A stretch of 64,000 bases of DNA from the human T2T-CHM13v2.0 reference genome, Homo sapiens: the NCBI RefSeq assembly GCF_009914755.1, contig NC_060932.1. One strand, written 5' to 3'. Shown piece after piece: positions 34,846 through 48,980 of the stretch (the first letter of the stretch is position 1; every line of letters starts with the position of its first letter). The notes beneath the pieces were generated by a model. The model was not told the origin of the DNA and did no database searches. It saw nothing but the letters and a program-made list of their open reading frames with translations. The translations under genes were made by a program, and so were the position numbers.

Positions 34846-37800
34846 TAGAGCAAATGCATATATGTAGCATTATAAAGGAAGAGCTCTGCTGACAGACATA
34901 AACATTTTTAAATTCCCTTGAGAAACTTTCTCTAAGCAATTTACTATGTAGGAACGGGAGGACATAAAGGAGAGGAATAATATTATGGTTATGTAACTTG
35001 CATACAATCAGGCGACAGTTCATGCCACAGAGGGCTAGAACATAATTATCTGAATTTAAGCCAAGCTCTGATGACTAAATTTCATGCTAGATGTGTGTCT
35101 CAGAACATTCATGTTCCAGGGTACACTACCTTGACCATCTGGACCCCGCCGATTCTCCCCATACGATCTTCTTCCTTAAGAAAAGGGTTAGATCCATTTG
35201 CCTTTCAGAAGCACTGCACTCCTTGCAGTGACGGGAGTTGAAGGGCAAGAACTGCTGCTGAAAAGACAGAAACTCCCCGTCCTGCCACCCCTCCTGGTGG
35301 CGGCATTGATGAACATGTCTATTACTGAGCCTGTCATTCCAGAGAGCCAAAGGTCAAGACAAAGAATGCACACAGCGTCTCCTGTGTGACAGGCAGCATG
35401 CTCCCACCAGCCCATGCTGGGCCCTGGTGTCACACAAGAGCTGAGTATTGATAGGGATCCAGTGCTGCCCACCAGCGAGCCGCACTGAGGGACGAGGGAG
35501 CAGGCAGAGCACAGTGCCTGTAACAATGGCCTTTATACCTCCATTCCCTTCATGAAGGCTCATTCCTCAGCTCTGAGAGCCTGCACATAGTCAGTATTCA
35601 GCGCTCAATGGGTATTTCCTCCTGAATGAATTTCATCTTCTGTTCCTGGAAGGCCACACTTCATTGTGATGTGGAATAAGTCTACTATACTTCTATGACC
35701 TGTGAAAAGCGGTCCCTGTACAAATGCTAGCCATTCCTGTCACTCAAAATGGGAGCCCTTTTTCATGGTTGTTCTTGCTTGGGGTACACGTATTAAGGAT
35801 GAAGCCCCTTTAGTTAGGTTTGTAAATCTCTAGACCAAAACATTAGCATTCAGATTGCACCTAGGAGAAGAGTGAAGACTTGATGAGAATCCAGGACCCA
35901 ACAATAAAATATTTCTCAACTGTCAAACAAATAATTCACAATGTGGAGGATGGGGACAAGGCAGGAGTAGGATTTGGATTTTAAATGAAGCAAGTAGGCA
36001 ACACCAGATTACTGTTTCACACAGGAAAATCAATGGGAATTTGGAATTTCGAGGTCCCCTCACAAACTTGTAAATAAAACATCGGTATCACATAGCAGAT
36101 ATTGGGTACGTGGGGGAACACAAGGTTGAGAAAGTCGACTTTTGCATTCCATCCACATTTCATGGAGCTCGGGAGGAAGAACAACAGTGGAACTCTGCCA
36201 AGGGAGGAGGAGGGAAGAGGAGGGGGAGAGGTTTATTTCATTAAGATCCATTATCTTTGACCTGAAATCAGAACCCTTACCTCTCAAGAGACAGTAGTAT
36301 AATTTTTTCTCCTACTGTAAGTAACTTTTACTCATTTCTCTCTAGATTTATGAGCAGTTGGAGCTTTTGAAATTTTTTCAGTTTGATGAGGGAAAGGCAA
36401 AAATAAAAATTTGTCTAAACTTGCTGATCCCTGACAATTCTACGTAATTTAACAAGGACAATATAATATATTGGTATTTCATCAACCTTATGGCCAAGGC
36501 TTCAAGTCCACAGAACCCATATGCATAGAAATGGAAACAAATATCAGTTCCATCATCAAGGCAGCAGCCTGCTGTTAAAATACATAGTATCAATGACACT
36601 AGGAGTTCCTGTCCTTCCTTCTTCCTTCCTTGCCCCCTTTCTTCCTTCCTTCTTCCTCTTTTCAACCACTTATTTATTCTACAAACATTTACTGGACACT
36701 TAATACCCTTTACATAACCATTGCCAGCTGATCTTTTCAGATCAGGCACACATTTGCATTTTATTTTCGTATCCAAAAATCTGCCTAAAGTTGGGCAAAC
36801 TTGGGCTGAAGACACGGGGTCCATTCTCTGCGCCTGGGTGTCCCAGCACCTGCCAGCTGTGCGTCCCTGGAATTGAGGACATCGTGTTTTCAATTTTCTT
36901 CAATAAAGCAATGAATCTGGCAATTTGCTGGCCTGCTTCAGCTAAACAGAAAGGACAATTTGAGAAAGATCATAGTTCAGGCCCAGTCAGACGGAAACGA
37001 TTGAAAACAGAGAGCTGGCCGCTGCGTTTCCCCAATGCAGCTTGCTGTCGCAGTTTGACTGACAAACTGACTTTTTTGAGGTGCTCATGCCCATTTCAGT
37101 CAGAGTTTATTGAAGGTGATTTTGATCTTCTCCATGAGGCCACAGCAGTGGCCATGCCATCTGTCACCTTGATTGCATCGTGGATTCTCTGGAGAGAGCG
37201 CCATGGCTCCTGATCATTTACAGATTGTGCTGCTCTCCCCTCCATAAGGACCACATGCGCAGAGCCAGATGGTGAACATACACGCTTATTATAAGTCTTT
37301 ATCTCCGTGCAGGAAGGAGAGGAACCATTAGGTCTCCCTCAGGAGCTCTGCTCCTCTCGACCAGCATGCTGCTCCTCAGCAAATACAGTCTTCTTCAGCT
37401 GTCATCGGCCCACCTCTGAAAATTAAAAAAATAAACAATAATTCCATCAGCCGAGGCTGGGAAACCAAGACAGTGCAGCAAAGCAATCCCCTGGCCTTGC
37501 CTTCCTTTCTTTTCTCTAACCCCTTGCTTGCCTGACTGTCAGCACTAGGTAAAAACAAGTTTGTTTGCAAATGCATCATTAATGTGTTGATTTTTTAAGA
37601 GATCAAGAGGGGCTGCTGCTTGGAAATAAAGCGACGTGATCCTATTTTTCGTCATTGAGATTATGGCTTCCATTGTATTGGCCTCATTCTTTTTCACTTA
37701 AGGATTTTTCGGTTCATTTTACAAATTTTAAAATTCAGTGTTGTTTTTCTGAAATAATCCCAGGAGCAGGACCACCTGTGTGTCAAAGCATAAGGGCTCA

Positions 37801-38351
37801 GGGAGGGATTTAAATGCTGGGGACTGTGAAAGAGAATGGAAACCCCCAGTACAGTGGAACTTTGAAAAATTCCTTTTAGTAAACTCTCTGTTGGGCAAGA
37901 GACATAATGGGGAGGGCTGGGAGTAGGCAGGAGAGCCGAGCACGCATGGCTCAGAGCACGGACTGAGCAGATCTGGGACTGCTTGTGAAAATGAGCGCTT
38001 TCTCCCAAACCACCACTGCCTCTCGCTGTCAGGGATTCATAAAGAGGTCTAAAAGAACCTGAAGTGGAACTGTAACATGTGCAAAAATAAATACTGCCAG
38101 AATAATACACATTCGTTGTAAAGAAAGTAATTCTCAACTTTTTGATTTTTAGGTATAATTTATATACAGTAAAGCATATACATTTTAAATACACATTTTG
38201 TTTTTTACATATAAATATTTCATCCAGACCAAGATATAGGACATTTCCAGAGCTCCAGCTGACTCATATGCAGACTCACGAAGAGGCCCACCTCCTCTGC
38301 CTCCAGGGCTCTATCTCCAAAATTAACAATACATCCAAGCTTAGAATTCGC

Positions 38352-38394
<43 letters not shown>
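38352..38394. repeat. Compound (CT)n(CA)n microsatellite
   Basis: Direct inspection. Confidence 0.95.
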
Positions 38395-40319
38395 CCTGGC
38401 TTTGTGGGAAAGCCCCCACTAGTGAGCAGCTGTATGTGGAAACCAGGGAAAGGTTTCTACTGACCCATAACCTTGAAGTCTCGCCTATTTGGGTCATTCA
38501 TTTAGAATAACTGCCACGTTAACCAATGGTTGCAATTACCTAAATCCAGTATCTTTGCTCAGACACTAAATCTGAGCGATCCTGGAGCCTGCTAAGATAG
38601 TCACACAATCCCTTATGGTTTAGGTTAAAATGGAATAGGATTTCTCAATCCATGAAATGACCAAGCCATAACCTCTTGCACACCAGTTCTCAAAGGCCTT
38701 CAGAAGTATCACCCTTTGTTGAAAACGCAGGATAAGCTACAACAGAGTCGTTATTAAAAAAAAAAATTAAAAATAAAGAAATTTAAAAAAGACAACTATG
38801 AGAAATCCCACTGTGAACACACACACAGACACACAGGCACCTACACACACAGGAACAAGCACCTCACATAGCCATGTTTCCTGAAAAGGTTACTGAGCCA
38901 AGACACTTCTTAAACACAAGTCCAAAAGTTATTCCACATGTTTTGTGTACACATTAGGGACCTTTCCAGGAGATATTTTGACAGAAGCTAATAATGTTTT
39001 TAACAGACTGACTTCATTTTTTTTTTTCAGTAAACCTCATTTAACTCATCAACTTCCACAATAGTACTGCTTTGTTAACATTTTCTATGAAATAAAACAA
39101 CCGCTCTTAACGGAATGAAAGTCACTACCAAATATTTTTGGAGGAAGAAATTTAGTGTTCCTTTAATCCAACACAAATGTGTTTTCAGAGGAGAGATTTA
39201 TGGTAAACTCCTGTTCTTAAACTCGCTCTTTCGTTTTGTGTTTTGTTTTGTTTTGCCTTGGTTTGGGGCATCCGGGAATGTGTAGGGATGAGAAAGAGAT
39301 GCACATATTTGATAGGCTGTGTGCTAACTGTACTTAAGATATTTTGCAAATGGTATGTAAAGACACAAACAGGAAAAAATAGTCATGCCTATCTAAATTA
39401 ACTCTTTGTCCCTGAACATTAGCCTATAATGAATTCCACCTAAGCACATAGATTTTTAAAATATCAGCATTCTCCCTACTGTATATCATTTTTCTACGCA
39501 GCACAGATAGGAATCAGTATGGGATTAGCCCTACCTAGTTAAACAGAAGATCCTGACCTTTGCAACTTCACATTGCTCTGTTCTCTTAGAACAAAAACAT
39601 CTATAGGGATACATATTGAAAACCAAATCACCAAACACAGTCACCCTCTCAAAAAAGATGAAAGATAATAAGATGTAATATAGTGCATTTCATTAAAAAT
39701 AAAAATGTGACTTTATAAAATGAAAAAGATTACTTAGGTTCAGGGAGAAAAAAAGGGAAACTGGGTTTGATTACTTCATGTTAATGAAATTTGCTGAGAT
39801 ACATAATAATTTCCAGGCCCCCACGTGGGGAGAAGATAATTCTGCAAATATGAAATGCTGAGCATCTTTATTTCCAGTTCTGGTTTCATCACTTCTAGTT
39901 AGGCTAGGACAAGAAGCTCAGTGTAGTCCTCCCCTACAGCTACCCTCCATGAGGTGTCAAGGTGCAGAGAAAGCCAAAGGGCATGGAATCAGGCTGGGGT
40001 TGAATCCAGCCTTTTTACTTGGCCTTGTACTTGGGTAGGTTACTTACTTTCTTTCAGCCTCATATTCTCTATCTGCCAGTGAGCAAAACAATACCAGTCT
40101 CCCAACTGAGGATTAACTTCAGCAAATGGGAAAACATCTCATGTCTATCTGGCATATACTAAGTCCTTAAAGCATGCTGAAAATGAAATTAAATCAGAAC
40201 AAATGTCACCATTTCTGTTAAAAGATAATGCTGCAAATGCACACACAATGCAATCATTAAGATTATTAGGTTTCAATATAGGAAGCATATTTTGTAAGGC
40301 AACCAGAGTGTTAAATGCA

Positions 40320-40560
40320 AGCTGGATGGCAGGAAGACAGGTCTGTAGTGATGGGGAACAAAGGCCCTGCCTTCAGCTCTAGGCTCCACCCACCCCTGGG
40401 TAGCTGTGTGACTTGTGCTTGTTACTTAAATTCTCTGTTTCAGTTTCTCTACCTGAAAAATGAGAGTGAGACTAAGGAACCTACCTCATAAGATGGCTGT
40501 CAAGATGGATGAGATAATGTAGGTAACATGCCTGACAAATTGTAAGTGCTATAAAAGTGA
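40320..40560 (+). mobile_element. MIR
   Basis: 'agctgtgtgacttg...ttacttaaattctctgtttcagtttctctacctgaaaaatgag...acctacctcataag'. Confidence 0.8.
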
Positions 40561-40792
40561 GGTAGCATTCAGAGTGCACCGAAGGCTGTGAAATGGCAGC
40601 TCATGATTTCATCCTTTGCTAACTTTTGGCTCTAGTGTAGCAATAAAATCATATTGAAGCTTCAAAGCCCAGAAAACTGACCAGAATTCATTGTTCACAT
40701 TTGTTTGCTATTTTTGGTTTTCAGTGGGAACCATTGTTTATTTTATTTAATTGCTGTAAACCATACCTATAAACTTACTAAGCTATATCACA

Positions 40793-40841
<49 letters not shown>

Positions 40842-40855
40842 AACACACACACACA
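40793..40855. repeat. (CT)n(CA)n microsatellite
   Basis: Direct inspection. Confidence 0.93.
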
Positions 40856-40857
40856 AA

Positions 40858-41120
40858 TTTTGTTTTATTATACTTTAAGTTCTGGAGTACATGTGCAGAA
40901 CATGCAGGTTTGTTACATAGGTATACACGTGCTATGGTGGTTTGCTGCACCCATCAACCCATCACCTACATTAGGTATTTCTCCTAATGCTAACCTTCCC
41001 CTAGCCCCCCACCCCGCGACAGGCCCCTTGTGTGACCTTCCCCTCCCTGTGAGCATGTGTTCTAATTGTTCAACTCCCACTTATGAGTGAGAACATGCGG
41101 TGTTTGGTTTTCTGTTCTTG
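40858..41120 (-). mobile_element. 5'-truncated L1PA (L1PA7/8-like) 3' end
   Basis: 'ttattatactttaagttctgg...gagaacatgcggtgtttgg'; TSD acacacacaa(a)ttt on both sides. Confidence 0.9.
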
Positions 41121-44100
41121 ACACACACAATTTTTTATGCAGGGTAATTGTAGCTGGATCTATGCAAACTCACAACTGTTACTGGGAAAATGTCTCAAAG
41201 TACAACAGGAAAAGGAGTGTCATAATCTGGACTCAAAGTTAAAAGATTTGGATGTTGGTCCTAACCCTACCACTTAACCTTGAGTAAAGCACTTATTCTC
41301 TCTCTATCTGTTTCCTCATCTGCAAAATACAAATTGAAATGCCTTTTAATTTCATGTAATTGCTGTAAGGATCAAATCTGTGAAAGGACCTTGAAAAATA
41401 TAAAACACAAAACAAGTTCAAGTATTAGGTATTGGTATTATATATTAAAGACAGCATGATCACCAGGCAAACATTAATGACTATATTAAACAGATTAATT
41501 AAGATTTTATAATAAATGTGTAATTTCCAGAAATAAATTAGACTCTAGCTGGAAAGCAAGAATATCTAAGCCATCGCCTTTTGAACCACAAGGCCAATAT
41601 GAAGATAGATCTAAATTCTGCTCCCAAGGGTCTCAGAAGTTCCTGGATCAAATGATTCTGATTAATAGAGTGGACAAATAGGGCTCACACTTTAATTTTG
41701 CTTCTTCCTATCTTTGAGAATATTTTCAATATTACAATGTCTATCCTGCAAATAGCATAAGACCCAAATAAAAGTAAATCCAACAAAATCTGCTTAACTC
41801 AGACTGCTTTAAAATAAGAGTTCATACAATGGGACAGTTGGTCCCAATCCTGATTTAATATGTCTGCAGTACAAAGGGTCTTTGCTGCCTCCTGTTTCTG
41901 CAGAAAAAAAAAACAAAGAGCTTATTAAAATAAATGTAGACTAGGACTTAAGCCTCTAATAAGAATGAAAAAGCAATAATTTGAAATAATAATATACATT
42001 TTTAAAATACATTTATTATTCTTGCATTATAATTTAAATTAGTAATATTAAAATGTCAGGGGTTACATCATATGAATGTAAAAAGCAGAAGTAATTATTT
42101 TTTTGAAAGTTCCAGAGATTCTGGAATAGTATGCCAACAAAAAGGCAGTTCTAAACATAAATTCAAATTATCTATACTGAACACAGAGTTCAAATGTAAC
42201 TTAACAGTAGCCAACATACATGCATATAGCCTTTTCTTTCTCTGTCACCAGATAAGGTACATTAGAAGGTAGGTCATGATTATATGATTATAATTATTAT
42301 GAATAATAATATCATAATGTGTATAAATCAATGTATGTGTATATGTGCGTGTGAGTGTGTGTGTGTACGTGTGTGGTCAAGTCAAATTCAACTTACAGGC
42401 AGTGATCACACATCTCATCTTGTGAATGGCATTAGATATCTTGTTCAAAATCTCTGATTAATCTGATTAAGCTAGCAAGTGAATAATCCTTTAATCCTCT
42501 CAAGAATACAGTTTATGTCTGCTGAGTGTCAAATTTAAGACTGGTAAGTTGTAAGTACTGAAATTTAAGTGAAAGGAAAGAGAAAAAGGCTGGAACCAAA
42601 GTCAAACTGTTTTCATCTCTTTTCCAGATTCTGTCTTTTGTGGCTGACCTTCTCGGCTGAAATAGGAATGAGAAACATTAGGAAAAATAATAAATCATCC
42701 TCCGGTGGCGGCTCTGTGGCAGCGAGCATATCAGTCACCGAGGACCAATCTGCTAGCATGTGCTTCCCTTTTCCAAACCAGTTTAATTATAAATTAATGG
42801 ATACTGCCTTTGCTTCTCTTTCATTTTGGAGCTGAAAATGTTGAAAACCAGATATTATTTATTTTATAGTTGGAAAACTATCTCAAAAGCTAAAAATTGC
42901 TAAATATTTTTACAGAATTTATATAAGCAAGAAAATGAACATCCTCCCATTTAAATTTTAGGCAGAGGCTACACTTTAGATGGTGTTATTGCATTTAGAA
43001 CAACGCAGGGCTTTGGCCAGGTTAAATGAATTGAGGTGCCTCGATGCTGATTTATATTTATGCATCAGATTTAAATAATGACACTGAGCTAAAGCAATGT
43101 GAAGAGGTGGGTAGAGGAGAGTGGTGGTGGTTAGTTTGCTGTCCAAGAAAAACAAAAAGTTAAAAAAAAACAAAACAAAAAAAACCTTTTAAACTGACTG
43201 GCTTGCTTGCTCGGCATTTGACAACCTACTTTGGCTGAAATATGGACATATATCATCCCAAACAGCAGTTTATAATATCTATAGCCCAAAATAGTCTGTG
43301 AATATGTTTACCTGAAATGCCTTTTGTGTTGATTGTTTACAAAAATCATCCCGTTCTTCTAAAAACCTTGACTAATATCTGTTATAAGGGTAAAACCACG
43401 AGAAGAGATTAATTTGCCACTCAACTACTTTTTTATTTCTTTATGTGGCTTGAGTCAGAGAGATCTGAACTAATTAAAATACTGACCAATCTTTAAAAGC
43501 AGAAAGTCGGTATTATCCCTTAATTCCTCAGGATGCGAGGAAACAAGGCAAAGGAGGAATCTCCCAGCCCTGAGCATAGCTCCGGAGGCAGAGTCACAGC
43601 CTGGGAAGTGAAGCAGAGAAGAGCTCAGACCAGCCTGCTCTTTGCTGTTCGGGCTGTGGTGTAGCCTCTACTTTTTTGTTACTTTTCCAGTGAAGCCTGA
43701 AGAAACTGCATTCCCAGTAACCAGACAATGGAGGAAAGCTCGTGAAGAAACCCCTTTCTTGACTTTATTTCTGCCTGGACGGAGGTTCTGCACTTCTCAG
43801 CGTGCCCCCAAACATATAGGGGTAAAAGGAGGGGTGAGGAGCTTCTGACTAAGCCCCACCCTCAGCCCACTGCATCCCCGGCCCCAGAATGTGCCATCCT
43901 CGGCGAGTAAAGCTTTCAGCGGTGCTAACTTGATTGTGTTCCTCTAATGTTCACACATTTGGCACAATCTAGTATTTTCGGTCCTTTATTTTTAATCAGG
44001 TTGGCAAACGTCTCTCATCTCTGGCTCTTTCTTCCTGTCCACACAGTGGTAATGGCTTGTGTAATTATTACTTGCTACATGATCTGCTATCCCTGTGGAT

Positions 44101-46480
44101 GTTTAGGCTCATATTATCTTTAACCCCATTCACCTTTGACAGTGAACTTTTCCCCGGCATCCTCAGCTGGGGATCAGCTGGCGCCTGAGTTTGAAGGGCA
44201 GGACCATGCTCAGGCCCTGAGGACTATAGGCCTCATTACAGCTTCCGGACTAAGAGTGATCAAAGCCTGGAGGGGAGGGTTAGGATTTCCTGCAGGCGTT
44301 CATAAGGCTTTACAGAACCAATCAGAGAAACAGAATAGTTTCCAGCCACCTCTATGAGTAAGCTGTCTTCCAGAGGGGCGAGTAAGTGGAGAGGAATCCC
44401 AATATTGGTAACAAACCATGAAGTGACCTTGTTTTGCCTTTGTTCAAGGAACAAAGACTCTCGTAAAACCCCACAGAGCAGTGTTTACCAACTGTGTAAG
44501 ATCACTTCTGAAATTACTTTACAATGAACCTAATTCTGAATAAATATCTAAAAGAATATGTGGATAAATTATGTAATTTGTAATTTTGTTTTTTCTGATT
44601 ATACATATCTACTAATTTGTTGTCTTTGGACTTGGTTCTCTTGTCTTCTCATAATTACTATTACTCACATTACAAAACAGCAGCCTCCCTCTTGTCTTTA
44701 CATGGCATGAGTCAACATCCCTCTCTTCTGCCATTCATTTACTTATCCATTCATGCAACAAATGTTTGTGAAAGTTTGTTAAGTGCATGGACATAATGAT
44801 GCTATTATTTAAAATGATGCAGAGATCCCCTTGGTACATTCCATGTAGAGTTCATAAAACAGCTTACACAATCATGGTTGAAGCCTGGCCAAAGAGCAAC
44901 GTGAAGTCACTTGATCTCTATCCAGCTCATTCCATGAAATTCAAAAGGTCACTACCAAAGTGTACTTGGTCAGGACAATGTATAGGAGTAACAGTTGCCC
45001 CACTCTCCTCTTACTATAGTGGTGCTTGTTCACCTGGTTTTAGGTTCACCTCTTCCTTTTGAGAGCCTTTTTAAGTGTCTGCTGACTCTAAGAAAAACCC
45101 ACCTATGCAGGAACATGCTGATATAACCTAGAGAGTCCTTGGTGAGAGAAAGGAAAGTTTTAAAATATTAGAAGGAACAGAAGTAAACAATGGACCTTTC
45201 AGGAAAATCTTAAGATTTTGAAATATATTTGCAGTGATTTTCAGAGCCAAATTGGGAATCCAGACAATGGGGCGTTGAAGCTCAGTGGATCCGGGTCTCG
45301 GGAATCTCAATCGGTCTCTGTCTTCTCCAGCCCCTCAACTCTAGGCAATAGGAGTTTAGACCAGTAGGTGCACCCACATCCAGGCTCTCAGCTGCTTTGG
45401 CCAAGAGAGGATCTGTATTACTAGGTTTAGCTCCACCAGCCAGTGATGTGTAGTTTGGTAAAATCTTTGTGTTCATCACTCTGGGATCTGGGGTGGGCTC
45501 TGAGTCCTCTAAAGGTCTTTGGGTCCCAGATCTTCTCTAAGACCGTTCACTTTTGTTCAGATTTTAAAACTAGGCCTGACCTCAATTCTAGCAACCAGCT
45601 TCTCTGAGATCTAGTCCAATTGGCTGGGCCTTTAAGCCCTGCCTAGCTCTTGCCAGTCCTGCCTTAGATGGTGTGGAACTCTATTTTATGCCTTTAGTCA
45701 ACAATTATGTCTTCCTTCAAAACAGAAAAATTCCCCAGAGATGGTCATCCTATGGCTTTTGGAATAGCCATCATCAGGAGAGTCCTACCATGCCTCAGCC
45801 ACCAGACTAGGCCCTCTTGAATATCTACACTGACCTAGATATTGGTCCAGTCCACAGTGCCCCATTGCACACTGTTGTTTCATGTCAACCACTCTTGCAG
45901 TGCCCGATAGACAGCTTACTATTTAGGTTCTTTCCTTGAGCCCATCAGGTTTCAACATTTTACTGTTTTTCTTTGACTCATGCTATCAATGTACTCATAG
46001 ACAGTCTTTCCTGAGTTATCTAGGAATCCACTGGAGAAGTAAGAAAGCACAAGTTGGTTTTAGACATTTTATCAGTATTGAGGTTCCCCTAGAATTGATT
46101 GATCCTCAGAAGTCTCCCAGGTTCCCAAGGCCAACCTAGACCAAGAACAGACTTCCTGGAACTGTTCAAATGTATTTGCTTGTGTTGGTATATTTCCCTC
46201 TCTAGGCTGTTGTCCTTCTAAAGTATGACACTAGTGACTTTATTTCCTCTCATACTATAGCAATCAGCATGAAGTCAAAAATTTTTTTAAAGGAAATAGA
46301 AAACTTGGCTTTATCACCTAGTTTGGCCCCTGCTTTTACCATGTGCTTAAGTACAACAGTAAGATAAAGTTCAAGAAACTCATTAGGTTGATTAAAATGG
46401 GAAAGCTGGATAATGTCATCATTTGGGGGCGTATGAAGATATACAAACCTTCATGTGCCTGTTGATATAAACATAGAATA

Positions 46481-46800
<320 letters not shown>

Positions 46801-47154
46801 TCTAGACTGCTGCAGACATTCTGGAAACAACCTGGTAGTATTTAATTGAATTCATTGAATTACCTATTAACTAAGTACTATGTCATATTCCCTATGCCAC
46901 AGTAATCCTGTTCCTGGATATGATTCTCAAACATATTCTCACACACTGGGAGACATGCTCCATAACATTTATCAGTGTTTGTGTTGCTGGGAAGTGGGAG
47001 GTGATCATGTTGTCTGTCACTTGTGAATAGGTAAAACATGGTAGATGCCACTATAAAGTATCCTTCAGCAACTGGAAACAAAGGACTGGATGTTCATACT
47101 GCTACATGGATAGCTCTTAGAAACAATAGGTCAGAATGATAAAAGAAAATAGAG

Positions 47155-47592
47155 CTTTCTTTTCCAAAATGGGCCAAGCAGAATGGCTCCCACAAAGAAA
47201 CGTGGTGAGAAGGGCCGTTCCGCCATCAAAGAGGTGGTGATCCAATAATACACCACCAACATTCACAAGTACATACAGGAAGTGGACTTCAAGAAGTATG
47301 CCCCTTAGGCACTCAAAGAGATCTGGAAATTTTCCATGAAAGAGACGGGGAACTCCAGATGTGTGCATTGATACCAGGCTCAACAAAGCTGCCTGGGCCA
47401 AAGGAATAAGGAATGTCCCATACCATATCCACGTTGGGTTGTCCAGAAAACTTAATGAGGATGAAGATTCACTAAATAAGCTCTGCACTTTGGTTACCTA
47501 CATAACTGTTACCACTTTCAAAATGTACAGAAAGTCAATGTGAATGAGAACTAGCTACTGATCATCAAACAAAGCTATAAAACTGCCAAAAA
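47155..47592 (+). pseudogene. RPL31: Processed pseudogene of 60S ribosomal protein L31 (eL31)
   Basis: ATG 47183 MAPTKKRGEKGRSAIKEVV; [19 protein letters not shown]...EDEDS..KL..LVTY matches RPL31; intronless; 5' pyrimidine tract; TAA at codon 22 and frameshifts; short A-tail; TSD-like aaaataga at 47146-47153 and 47590-47597. Confidence 0.95.
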
Positions 47593-47760
47593 ATAGAATG
47601 AGCTATCCAGCATAATGATAATTGTGTAAGTTAAAATACATGATCAAATGTTTTACAAGAACACATGAAAACAGAAGGATATCATCAAAGAGATTAAAAT
47701 GATGATGGTGGGAGGAACAATGGAAATGGTAGTGAGAAATTGAGAAACAAGGATCAAATG

Positions 47761-47805
47761 AGATAGGTAGAAAGATGGATGGATGGAAGAAATGATAGAT
47801 GATGG

Positions 47806-47857
<52 letters not shown>

Positions 47858-47905
47858 GATAGATAGATACATAGATAGATAGATAGACAGATAGATGATA
47901 GATGA
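47761..47905. repeat. (AGAT)n tetranucleotide STR
   Basis: 13 perfect AGAT units at 47806-47857 with degenerate flanks. Confidence 0.96.
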
Positions 47906-48689
47906 CATATAAATGAGCTAGCCAGTTGGTCAAGAAAGAAGTCTGTGCAGACCAATGATATGGTTCCATAAACTAGGAAGCATGGTTAACAAATTTTTGC
48001 ACTTGAAATTCAGAAATAAAATTAAAATGTCCAAGAAAACAGATAAGTTTCTAGGACAATAAGATAATATTGATTTGGCATATTCCAGATTGAGGTGAAA
48101 AACTGAAAACTGAGCTGTGTGGTTCAACCTACACTCTCTGCCTGTGAAACTTAAGAATTTGTCATGTCACATCTTGCTCCTTGAGACGTCTCTCTCTTTA
48201 CCAATCAACACTGAGAGCTGGGAATGGGACTAGAATGGCTCAGCATCTTTGACCGAGGAGGCATAAGCAGCTGCTAAATGGCAAGCTGAAGTGCGACAGC
48301 CACAAGCAAAGAGGGATGAACATCCTGTAAAGACATCTTAAAGTCCCATCCAGTGGTCCAAAAGTACAGCAGAGCCTAGAACAAGGCAAACTTCAGTGTC
48401 TGACAGCTCCACTTGGTAAATGCAGCAACTGGACAAGTAATAACCACTCTGGAAGGGTTCAACCTCTGCAGTCTGGGCAAACCCAAGGGCACCCTTCATA
48501 AACATCAGTGGAAAGTATGCTTCCCCATGCTCACTTCTGCTTCTAGACACTCACCACCTGCCAGACTGGCAGCGCCAAGCCCCAAAATCACAACAGAAAT
48601 GACAACAGTCAACTGCCTTTGAAAAAATTCATCCTTCAGAAGATCCCCTCTTAGAGAACTCACATGCTGATGAAAGATTGATAGTCCAG

Positions 48690-48980
48690 GGTTATGTTGT
48701 CTAATATGGCAGCCACATGTGGCTACATTGCACCTGAAATGTGGCCAATTCAAATTGAGATGTGAAGATCTAATATGATAAAAAAGGATACTAAACATCT
48801 TGTTAATCATTTTTATATTGGTTACATGTTCAAATGATATTTTGTAAATATTAAGTAAAATAAAATATATTAAGTTATTTTCATCTTAATATTTTCTTTT
48901 TACTTTTTTAAAAAGTAGCTGGTAGAATATTTAAAATTATGTCTGTGACTCACCTTCTATTTCTACTAGACAGTGTTGGT
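48690..48980. mobile_element. MER33/MER3-type hAT-Charlie element
   Basis: 'tgtctaatatggcagccacatgtggcta...gaaatgtggcc...tagacagtgttg'. Confidence 0.75.

Noticed and set aside
34628-35023. ORFs rich in YLSI/IYL (also 47603-47969)
   Set aside because: Translations of GATA microsatellites
35126-35563. Cluster of overlapping ORFs in GC-richer sequence, possible exon
   Set aside because: No homology I recognise; only a weak minus-strand donor (AAG/GTAGTG); needs transcript data
36791-37213. 140-aa plus-strand ORF and overlapping 171-aa minus ORF (36378-36893)
   Set aside because: Non-ATG starts, no recognisable domain, no convincing splice structure; lengths compatible with chance
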